The notes beneath the pieces are model-generated. The model searched no databases, was not told where the DNA came from, and saw nothing but the letters and a program-made list of their open reading frames with translations. From contig JBDRQT010000005.1 of assembly GCA_043826135.1 (NCBI GenBank), positions 6,255 through 70,254 of the forward strand: DNA of 64,000 nucleotides, read 5' to 3'. Source of the DNA: an archaeon (GTDB lineage Archaea; Nanobdellota; Nanobdellia; Woesearchaeales; GW2011-AR15). The position numbers were made by a program, and so were the translations under genes. Positions 8,100-17,200 of this stretch are shown here, in pieces (position 1 is the stretch's first letter; the number at the start of each line of letters is the position of its first letter).

Positions 8100-8744
8100 C
8101 TATATCCTGCCTGATCTCATGTATTCATCAGCATCGTCCGGCGAAAGATGCGATTTTCTTTCGAATCTTGATATGAAGACAATCTTCTCTTTTTTCAGTT
8201 TCAAGCCGAACAAGAGTCCAGTTGCCATTCCTATAAGATGAGCAATATTACCTATTCCAGTCGGGAAAAATATCCCGAACGCATCAGTCAGTGCCCAAAG
8301 AATACCGGCAGTCCTCAAATTCATAGGTATAAAAAAGAATAACAGAAGACGCAGGTCAGGCATTAAGATAATCAAGGTTCCTATCATTCCCATTATAGCT
8401 CCTGATGCGCCAAGCGCAGGTGGGATTGTTCCGTATATGACCTGGCTAAGGAGAACATGACCCAGGCCAGCAAACAAGCCTGACAGGAAATATATGATAG
8501 CAAATCTTTTCCAGCCGATCCTCTGCTCTAGTAATGGTCCGAAAATCATCAGGCCGTACATGTTAAAGAAAATATGATTGATGTCTCCATGCAGAAACAT
8601 GGAAGTCAGCAGCTGGTAAGGCTTTGAGAATACACTGCTTGTAAGCATAAGCGAGTTTGTGAAACCATTGCCCAGCACCATCTGAAGGACGAACATCACG
8701 ACATTAGCTATGATTATGGGCATGATGACTGATCTTATTTTCAT
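8100..8744 (-). CDS. rhomboid family intramembrane serine protease
   Basis: Six to seven TM helices. HxxxN motif (FLHGDINHIFFNM), catalytic GxSG (GASGAIMGMIG) and the downstream His (IAHLIGMATG). Confidence 0.9.
   Translation of the reverse strand: MKIRSVIMPIIIANVVMFVLQMVLGNGFTNSLMLTSSVFSKPYQLLTSMFLHGDINHIFFNMYGLMIFGPLLEQRIGWKRFAIIYFLSGLFAGLGHVLLSQVIYGTIPPALGASGAIMGMIGTLIILMPDLRLLLFFFIPMNLRTAGILWALTDAFGIFFPTGIGNIAHLIGMATGLLFGLKLKKEKIVFISRFERKSHLSPDDADEYMRSGRI
8104..8129. repeat. right copy of the 26-nt direct repeat (true 3' end of the rhomboid gene)
   Basis: ATCCTGCCTGATCTcaTGTATTCATC. See 7142-7167. Confidence 0.85.
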
Positions 8745-8908
8745 AGGATTAGCGAATTAGAGAGCGTATTAAAACATTTGGTTTTAACTCTTCCTGGCAA
8801 AGCCCTATTATCCAAAATATAAATTTTTATAAACAGTCTCTTTCTTTACTATATAATGCAGCATATTGTTTCTTTTGAGATTGCATATTTTGTGAGGTGT
8901 TGTTATCT

Positions 8909-10612
8909 ATGTCAGAACTACTAAATTCTGTATCAAAAAAATCAATTGACCATGAATTCTACAGCCCGTATCCGAAAGGATATCAAAAAGGCCAGGTGAA
9001 ATATGTTTTTGTGTTTGGGACAGTGATGTCAGGACTAGGGAAGGGAATATTCGCAAGCTCTCTTGGTAAACTGCTCCAGTTCAGGGGGCTAAAGGTTGCG
9101 CCTATCAAGTTTGACGGCTATCTTAACCAGGATGCAGGAACACTTAATCCTTTTAGGCACGGTGAAGTCTTTGTCCTAGACGACGGCACAGAATCTGATA
9201 TGGATCTGGGTACATATGAAAGGATGCTGAATCTAAATATTACAAAGGATAATTATATGACAAATGGCAAGCTTTTCCAGCAGATCCTCAATAAAGAAAG
9301 AAAGGGAGATTATCTCGGAAGGGATGTCCAGGTCATTCCTCATGTGACTGGAGAGATAAAGCTGTTCTTGAGAGAGCTTGCAATGAAATCCAAGGCAGAA
9401 GTGATATTGTTCGAAGTAGGTGGGACTGTAGGTGATTTAGAGAATATGTTCTGTATCGAGGCAGCTAGGGAACTTATGTACGAAGAAGGAAAAGAGAATG
9501 TGTGTTTTATCGCGCTGACTTATATCCTTGAGCCTGATTTCCTTGGAGAGCAAAAAAGCAAGGCAGCCCAACTTGGTATTAAAGGTCTTTTATCACTTGG
9601 GATCCAGCCAGACATCATCGGATGCAGGGCAAGCCGTCCAGTCACAGAAAAAGTAAGGGAGAAAATAAGCGCGTATTCAAATGTAAAGATGGAAAATGTA
9701 GTGAGCGTCCATGACGTGAAAAGCATTTATCTTCTTCCGGAACTCTTAGAGACTGCAAAGATAGCTGATAATGTACTAAATCAACTAAATCTCAAGCAAA
9801 AAAAATCACCAGAGGCTGATCTTAAATCATGGAAAGAATACACTGAAAAGATAAGGAAACCAAAACATAAGGTTATAATCGGGATTACAGGAAAATATAC
9901 TTCGCTGAGAGATTCATATGCAAGTGTCATCAAGGCTCTTGAGCATGCTGGAAATCAGCTTGAAAGTGAAGTTGAGATTAAATGGATTGAGACAACTGAC
10001 ATTGAAAACGGAAAAGTCTCTGTCAAAGATGCACTATCAGGCGTTGATGGTGTCCTTGTTCCAGGTGGATGGGGAAAAAGAGGGACAGAAGGGAAGATAA
10101 TGTGCCTGAAATATATAAGGGAAAATGACGTGCCATATCTTGGTGTATGCTACGGAATGCAGATGGCAGTGATTGAATTTGCAAGGAATGTCTGCGGTAT
10201 CAAGGATGCAAATTCAACAGAGATGGATCCTGAGACAAAAGAGCCTGTGATAGATATTCTTCCAGAGCAAAAAAAGATAGAAAATCTAGGAGGAACAATC
10301 AGGCTTGGTGGCAAGGATGTTGAAGTCAAGAAAGGCACACTTGCTTACGAGCTATACGTGGAAAAGACACTTATCAGAGAAAGGTTCAGGCACAGGTATG
10401 AGGTCAACCCAAAGTATATACCTCTATTAGAGAAACACGGGATGGTGTTTTCAGGAAAGCATCCGAAATATGATATAATGCAGATAATGGAACTTCCTGG
10501 AATGAATTATTATCTAGGTACTCAGTATCACGGCGAATTTACCTCAAGACCTTTGAAACCCAATCCAACTTATTTTGGATTAGTTGAAGCTGCCCTGAAA
10601 AGCAAAATATAA
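8909..10612 (+). CDS. pyrG: CTP synthase
   Basis: Synthase domain KYVFVFGTVMSGLGKG...KFDGYLNQDAGTLNPFRHGEVFVLDDGTESDMDLGTYER. GATase domain with GVCYGMQ (Cys nucleophile) and HRYEVN. ATG 8909 is preceded by GAGGTG; the ORF-track GTG at 8897 is the alternative start. Confidence 0.95.
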   Translation: MSELLNSVSKKSIDHEFYSPYPKGYQKGQVKYVFVFGTVMSGLGKGIFASSLGKLLQFRGLKVAPIKFDGYLNQDAGTLNPFRHGEVFVLDDGTESDMDLGTYERMLNLNITKDNYMTNGKLFQQILNKERKGDYLGRDVQVIPHVTGEIKLFLRELAMKSKAEVILFEVGGTVGDLENMFCIEAARELMYEEGKENVCFIALTYILEPDFLGEQKSKAAQLGIKGLLSLGIQPDIIGCRASRPVTEKVREKISAYSNVKMENVVSVHDVKSIYLLPELLETAKIADNVLNQLNLKQKKSPEADLKSWKEYTEKIRKPKHKVIIGITGKYTSLRDSYASVIKALEHAGNQLESEVEIKWIETTDIENGKVSVKDALSGVDGVLVPGGWGKRGTEGKIMCLKYIRENDVPYLGVCYGMQMAVIEFARNVCGIKDANSTEMDPETKEPVIDILPEQKKIENLGGTIRLGGKDVEVKKGTLAYELYVEKTLIRERFRHRYEVNPKYIPLLEKHGMVFSGKHPKYDIMQIMELPGMNYYLGTQYHGEFTSRPLKPNPTYFGLVEAALKSKI

Positions 10613-10639
10613 AATAGGCAAACTAATATCAAAAGTCTC

Positions 10640-13600
10640 ATGGGGTGTAAGTTTTGTTTTATTGTACTTCTTATAGTGCTTTTTCCTATCATATATGCAG
10701 ATTCTGAAAAAGTGGATGTCATTGTCAAGCTTAAGGATTCCAGCGTGATGAAGGCTAGGATTAATGCAAAACTTGATTCTTATGAGAGACTGAACACAAA
10801 AAAAGAAGAGATCTCGAAAATTAGAAAACTAGTGATGAACAGATATGAAAAAGAGTTTTCAGTAAAAAGGCAGTTCAATTTTACAAATGCTCTCTCCATC
10901 AGCATCTCGAAGTCAGCGCTTGCCAGGCTAAAAAAAGATCCCAATATTGAGTTTATTGTTGAAGATCTACCTCTTCATACATATCTAAATGATGCATCTC
11001 CAATTATTGGGGCACCTACCCTTTGGAACCTAGATATTTACCCAGTTAATGGAACAGGTGAAACTGCATGTGTCATTGATACAGGAATTGACCTTAGTCA
11101 CAGTGCATTCGGCTCATGCAATATAATCTCTAATACATATTTTGGCAATGAACTGAATTATTCTGCTGAGTCAAGCCATCCTTACAGCACAAACCAGAAT
11201 CTAGTCTACAGAATTAACCAGTCTGGTTTCTTTTTCATCTCTGTGCATTTCTTAAACATAAGCCTGGAGCCTGAATGGGATTATCTGAAAGTCCTAGATG
11301 CAAATAACAATACAATTGCAGTCTATACAGGACATCATAATAATACATGGAGCCCTTCTGTGGTTGGAGATACATTATATCTTAAGTTCGAGTCAGATGA
11401 ATCAATCACTGATTGGGGGTTTGCAGTTGACAGGATTCTGAACGGGTCATCTGACACAGTCATGAATTATTCGTCGTGTGAAAAAATTCCTGCTGGCTGG
11501 GATCTCTCAGGAAGCATAACAACTCTTGATGATGATAATCCAATGGATGATCACGGTCATGGGACACATGTTTCAGGAATCATTGGGTCAATTGATCCGA
11601 CCTACAGAGGAGTGAGCCCAGGTGCAAGGATAGTGCCAGTCAAGGCAATGGATTCTAGTGGAGATGGAAACACTACAGATGTGATGGCAGCAATAGAGTT
11701 CTGCATAGAGAATAAGGAGAGGTTCAACATATCTGTAATAACACTTAGCCTAGGCGGCGGGACATATTCAGGATACTGCGATTCTACCCCGGGGATATAT
11801 ACCTTATTTTCAGAGCTTGTGAATGAGGCTGTAAATCAGGGAATCATGGTGGTTGCTGCATCAGGAAATGTCGGATCATCCACCGGCATTGCATTTCCAG
11901 CATGCCTTGAAAATGTAACATCGGTCGGAGCAACAACAAAAGCAGATGCAGTTGATGTCTCGTATTCCAATTCAGGAAATAACCTTGATTTGCTGGCTCC
12001 AGGATCGGACATAACTTCAGCGTTATTAGGAGGAGGATTCATATCAGACTCAGGAACATCGATGTCCGCTCCGTTTGTTTCTGGGGCAGCAATTCTGCTT
12101 AGGAATTTCAAAAAACTTGAAAATGGCTCGATCCTCTCTCCAAGGCAAATTGAAGAAGCTCTCAGACATGGCGATAATATCACGGACCCTAGAAATTCAC
12201 AGGTTTACCCAAGAATAAATATCACAAAAGCCCTTACTTATATTGATGATATGCCACGGATAAGTTTCATCTCAGGAAACACATCATGCAACTGCTCAGA
12301 CAGTTTTGTGAGTATCACAACGTCGGAGAGAGTTCTAGCATTGATTGAATTTGATGGGATTAATCTATCAATGAATGGGAGCATGAATTCATTTTATTAC
12401 AATATTAGTATAGCCAACAATTCTCATAATTACAGCATCCATGTTGAAGATTCAACAGGGAATATCATCTCGTCAGAATTATTTATTATGAGCTACCCAA
12501 GACCCTCACCATCCATGAACCTTACACTAAACCTGGTAAACCAGAATTTGACGATCGAAAAAAATTCAAGTGTAGAAATTGGAATCACTTCTCATGGTGA
12601 TATTATACCTATAAGATTATATATTGATTCACAGCTGGTGTACGAAAATTATTCAATAAACTATTCGTATCAGGTTCCAGGAGTCGGAAGAGTAAATATT
12701 TCGGCAGTGTATCCAGGCTCGCAAAATTATAGCGAAACATCACTTAGTCTTTATATTGACTCAGTCGATACAACTCCACCTGGATTTGATCTTATATCTC
12801 CTTTAAATGGCTCGCAGATAAATTCAAGTTATAATATCCTTTTTAGTGTTTTAACATCTGAAAATGCAACCTGCATACTAAATAGTACTATGGATTTTTC
12901 TGGAATAATAGAACATACTATAGCATATTCGCACTACGCAAATGATGAGATCAAGCTGCTGATTAACTGCACTGATTTTTACAATAATTCTAATCTCAAG
13001 TTGTATAATTTTACAGTCAATGATTTAACCTCTCCTCTTAGATCAAGCACAGTAACATCAACTACTTCCGCCGTAGCGTTTGCAGAAACCTTTGATGAGC
13101 CAGGAAACCTCACAACTATTCTAAATAGTGTGACCCAGAATTCAGATTATGGCCTATCACACTCACTTACATTTAGCAGTCTCGATAGTGGGACGGCTTT
13201 TGCTTACAGTATAATTTATTGTGATAGGCTTGGCAATTGTGCGCAATCCCAAGGCACAAAATCCACAGAGACAGTTACAGTCGCAAAGAGTGGAAGCGGA
13301 GGTGGCGGAGGCGGCCACTCTATTTCAGTCGCCTCAGTTGCAGTGGATGAACACACCCAAATTATTGCAAACCCATCTGAGGGCACTCATATAGTGGACT
13401 TTACTTTGGATGATATCAACAGTGTAATTTTTGTCCTGCAAAAACAAGAGGGAAGTGTTGCAATCTCAGTCAGGAAAACCGAAAATGTAATGCATCCTTT
13501 AGATTCTGTTTTTGAGTACTATGAGATCAATAAAACAGATTCAGACATTGAGGATATACGCATAAGGTTTTCAGTGCCAGCCACATGGCTGGAGGGAAAA

Positions 13601-13942
13601 AATCCAGATAATATAGTTATGCAAAGGTATTCAGGTGTTTGGGAGAAACTGAATACCAGAAGAATCGGGCAGAATTCAGACTTATACCAATACGAGGCAG
13701 ACTCTCCTGGAATGAGCCTCTTTGCGATCACTTATGAGGATAGTGCGATCTTAGAAATTGAAGAAAAAAAAGGTATTGATATATTAGATATTGCTAAGCA
13801 ATCTCAAAATACAACATTAGAGAATCCAAATACAACTTCTGCAGATAAGCACGCAGCGTATCTGCTCTCGTTTGTGTTATTGTCCTTAGGAGGAATTTCT
13901 TCTTTCATCTTCTATTATATGAATCGAAAGCATAGGAATTGA
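10640..13942 (+). CDS. secreted, membrane-anchored subtilisin-like serine protease (S8) with inserted CUB-like domain and surface-anchoring C-terminal module
   Basis: Signal peptide and an I9-like propeptide (VDVIVKLKD..). Catalytic Asp (ACVIDTGID), His (HGHGTHVSG) and Ser (GTSMSAPFVSGAA). About 95 aa are inserted between Asp and His. A PGF-pre-PGF-like domain (..YEADSPGMSLFAITYE) is followed by a C-terminal TM helix and a basic tail. Very many N-x-S/T sequons. Confidence 0.9.
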   Translation: MGCKFCFIVLLIVLFPIIYADSEKVDVIVKLKDSSVMKARINAKLDSYERLNTKKEEISKIRKLVMNRYEKEFSVKRQFNFTNALSISISKSALARLKKDPNIEFIVEDLPLHTYLNDASPIIGAPTLWNLDIYPVNGTGETACVIDTGIDLSHSAFGSCNIISNTYFGNELNYSAESSHPYSTNQNLVYRINQSGFFFISVHFLNISLEPEWDYLKVLDANNNTIAVYTGHHNNTWSPSVVGDTLYLKFESDESITDWGFAVDRILNGSSDTVMNYSSCEKIPAGWDLSGSITTLDDDNPMDDHGHGTHVSGIIGSIDPTYRGVSPGARIVPVKAMDSSGDGNTTDVMAAIEFCIENKERFNISVITLSLGGGTYSGYCDSTPGIYTLFSELVNEAVNQGIMVVAASGNVGSSTGIAFPACLENVTSVGATTKADAVDVSYSNSGNNLDLLAPGSDITSALLGGGFISDSGTSMSAPFVSGAAILLRNFKKLENGSILSPRQIEEALRHGDNITDPRNSQVYPRINITKALTYIDDMPRISFISGNTSCNCSDSFVSITTSERVLALIEFDGINLSMNGSMNSFYYNISIANNSHNYSIHVEDSTGNIISSELFIMSYPRPSPSMNLTLNLVNQNLTIEKNSSVEIGITSHGDIIPIRLYIDSQLVYENYSINYSYQVPGVGRVNISAVYPGSQNYSETSLSLYIDSVDTTPPGFDLISPLNGSQINSSYNILFSVLTSENATCILNSTMDFSGIIEHTIAYSHYANDEIKLLINCTDFYNNSNLKLYNFTVNDLTSPLRSSTVTSTTSAVAFAETFDEPGNLTTILNSVTQNSDYGLSHSLTFSSLDSGTAFAYSIIYCDRLGNCAQSQGTKSTETVTVAKSGSGGGGGGHSISVASVAVDEHTQIIANPSEGTHIVDFTLDDINSVIFVLQKQEGSVAISVRKTENVMHPLDSVFEYYEINKTDSDIEDIRIRFSVPATWLEGKNPDNIVMQRYSGVWEKLNTRRIGQNSDLYQYEADSPGMSLFAITYEDSAILEIEEKKGIDILDIAKQSQNTTLENPNTTSADKHAAYLLSFVLLSLGGISSFIFYYMNRKHRN

Positions 13943-13945
13943 ATA

Positions 13946-13964
13946 AAGTTACTAATAGTAACTT
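13946..13964. repeat. perfect 9-bp inverted repeat AAGTTACTA-a-TAGTAACTT just after the subtilase stop
   Basis: Read directly from the sequence. The half-site AAGTTACTA recurs at 14106-14114, between the TATA and the start of the RHH-like ORF. It could be a terminator hairpin and/or an operator. Confidence 0.6.
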
Positions 13965-14087
13965 ATTATATATTTTGACTCATTTATAATATGTTTAAAA
14001 ACTACTTTTTCATTACTTATTATATTCATATTTTCTCAATTTGCTTAGTTAAAATCTATTTATAATTAACTTTTAATGCAACAGAAA

Positions 14088-14098
14088 AGTATTTAAAG
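14088..14098 (+). promoter_or_regulatory. box A / TATA-like element upstream of the RHH-like ORF and giant gene
   Basis: AGTATTTAAAG lies 24-34 nt upstream of ATG 14122. Confidence 0.45.
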
Positions 14099-14121
14099 TA
14101 CCGAAAAGTTACTATGCACGG

Positions 14122-14280
14122 ATGTCCGATGCACCGGTTAAGCTTGATTCTGAGCTGAAAAAAGAGGTAGAAGAGTATATTTCTAAAGGAAAGAATAGGA
14201 TTGAATATCCCTCAGTGAAAAATTTTGTTGACAAAGCTGTGCTTAAACTACTTAAGGAGGCTAAAGATGAAAAAAAATGA
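14122..14280 (+). CDS. 52-aa ribbon-helix-helix (CopG/Arc-like) candidate DNA-binding protein
   Basis: MSDAPVKLDSELKKEVEEYISKGKNRIEYPSVKNFVDKAVLKLLKEAKDEKK has a strand-helix-helix pattern. It is below the ORF-track size cutoff. TATA sits at the leaderless distance. Its 3' end overlaps the giant gene start by 14 nt and contains that gene's AAGGAGG. Confidence 0.5.
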   Translation: MSDAPVKLDSELKKEVEEYISKGKNRIEYPSVKNFVDKAVLKLLKEAKDEKK

Positions 14281-17200
14281 TGCTTCCTTAGTTGTAACCT
14301 TAGTACTGCTTCTTGCACTGGTTTTTACATCTCTTGGGAATGAAAATCTCACAAATAGTACTATTGACAATCTAACTGATCCAAATTATACAGTCGCACC
14401 GGAAATTACCATGGGGTTACCCCTTGAATTGTTGGAAAATGTTTCCGAAAATGTTTCTTTGAATGATAATGTAACTCTTATTTCAGATATAAATGATACA
14501 GATACTAAGCCAATTGAAATAATATCAGATGAACTACAACCTGAGCTAAATGAGACAATTCAGGAAGAGAATGTAACTGGACCAAAACTACCGACTGAGG
14601 ATATTTCTTCAGAGATTATTCCATCTGAATTGATTGATAATACTACAAAAGAGGAAAATAATCTAATGGTGCAGGATAAGATATCAGGAGATATTGGTAT
14701 ACTCACTGTTTTTGTTCCTGTAATCAATACAGTTGAAACAATTCCGCCAAATGTCTGGCATAATCTCCATCACAACACTTCATTTGTATTAAAGGTAAAT
14801 GCGACAGATGCTGATCAGAATCTAGTGGCAGTTAATTTCACTGTGACTGCTCCTAATGGCAGCTATGTAATCTATAATGAAAACGCATCATCTTATTCAG
14901 GTGATTTTTTTAATTCAGCTACCATCAACGTAAGCCATTACGGATATTGGAATTACACAATCTATGCGATTGACGCAGATGGAGTATTTAGTATATACTC
15001 AAGCAGGGTAAATGTACTGAATATTACTATTAGCCTAAACAAGACTATATCAGATTTGGGTGAAGTGATTAATGTTAAAGGACATATCAATGGAGGAGCA
15101 GGTAACCAAAAGAACCTGAGCCTTACAATTTCAATCAATAATATTAGCATTACACCTTATATCTCGAACGAAAGCCTGATAGGATACTGGAAATTCGATG
15201 ATGCCCTCGGAACGACAGTTGCTGATATATCTGGTAATGGAAATAATGGGTTCTGCACAAAATGTCCGCTTGTCAGTGATGGTAAATTCAATACGTCGTT
15301 TAGGTTTAATGACACTACTTCAATCGAATTCAATAAGATAAATTCACTCAATACTCTACAGAATTTCTCAATTGCACTTTATGCATACATGACCGGAAAC
15401 AGCAGCTATGCTGAAATAGGAACCTATAATCAGATACTTGCACACAAAGAGACATTTGATTTGGGAATCAGTCCGCAGGGAAATATCTATCTTAATATCC
15501 AAAACGTATCCCTCATTAATAATTGGGTCAAATATTCCAGCAATCCTGTGCTTACTGCCGGAGCAAACAATCAATGGGATGATACAAATGTTTCTGCGCC
15601 ATCAATTATCAAAGCTGAAAACGGGACATATCAGATGTGGTATACAGGAAGAGATGATTTAGCAAATCAGTTTAGGATAGGGTACGCAACTTCATCTGAT
15701 GGGAAAAGCTGGACAAAATATCCTACTTACGTTCTGAATAAGAGCACAGGAGCAGGATTTGATTCAGATGGAGTCATGTGGCCATCAGTAATAAAGCGCA
15801 ATGGCACCTATATGATGTGGTATACAGGCTACGACGTCAGTGCAACGGATGATTACAAGATCGGATTTGCTGTTTCAAGAGATGGAATAAACTGGTCAAG
15901 GGAAGCTACTTATGTTTTGAATACTGGCGCAACCTGGGAGACTGATTCAGTGATGTATCCTACTGTTATTTTTGAGAATAACACTTACAAGATGTGGTAT
16001 GCAGGAAGAAATGTAACTTCACTTAGATACAAATTAGGATATGCTACGTCTACAAACGGAATAACTTGGGCCAAGTCATCAAGCAATCCAATACTAGCCA
16101 ATGGAGTGTCTCAAACATGGGAAGACACAAGTGTAATGGCTCCGCATGTCATCAAAGATGGTAACACCTATGAGATGTGGTATATAGGTACGAACAACAC
16201 ATATTACAATGTGGGTTATGCATACTCCTATGATGGAATAAATTGGGTGAAGGCAACATCTAACCCAATATTCAACGGTACAGCAGGAGACTGGGATTCA
16301 AGACTCGGTAGAGTATCTGTGATAAAAGATGCAAATAAATACAAGATGTGGTATACTGGAACTAATTCACGTGACCAAATCGGATACGCTGAAGCAACAG
16401 TAGGAATAGCCTCAAACCCAGTATTTACGCCAAATGAATGGTCTTCAATTGTCGCGACAAAGGATGGTAGCGTAATAAAACTCTATAAAGATGGAGTGAT
16501 GATGGCTTCCGGCATATCAACACTGATTACTTTTACGTCAAATTCAAATCTTACGCTTGGAAAGTATTTCAATGGCAGCATTGATGATGTAAGAATTTAT
16601 GGAAGGGCACTCAACCAATTTGAAATAAGTAACCTTGCCCTAAAAACAAATAGTACTGGAGATTATTCAGTGTTCATACAATCTCCACTAGAAGCAGGTA
16701 GCTATGAAATCAAAATCAATGCGACTGTTGCGGCAGACTATGGAGAAGCCAATATCACTCTGTTGGTTGATGATATTTCAGATATAAACTCATTTTATAC
16801 AGTTCCGATTAACCCGTATTATACAGGTGATTACGGCTCTGTATTTTATATTGAGGTGAATGTGACTGACGGGGATGATCCACATCCTTTAAATGTCAAC
16901 TTTACACTTTATTCCTCAAACGGAAGCATTGTCATGAATAATGTAGGTGCTGTGTCCAGGTCAGGAGATTTGTACCAGTCAGAAACTTATAGGCTTGATA
17001 ATTTTGGGGAATGGAATTATACAATTGTGACCTTCGATGATTCAGGAGGGAATGATACTGCTATTGGTTTCATCAGGTTCCTGCAGGTTGTTCAATATCT
17101 CAATAAGACAGTCTTTGATGTGGGTGATAGCGCTAGGGTTACAGGTCATATTTATGACAGCCATTGGAATGATGTTGTGAACACATCTATCTTCCTATAT

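Noticed and set aside
11836-12183. 115-aa minus-strand ORF inside the subtilase gene
   Set aside because: Antisense to the catalytic His-to-Ser region of a clearly identified protease.
14112-14318. 68-aa minus-strand ORF opposite the RHH-like ORF and the giant-gene start
   Set aside because: Ser/Leu-rich shadow frame. The plus strand has TATA, SD and a signal peptide supporting it.
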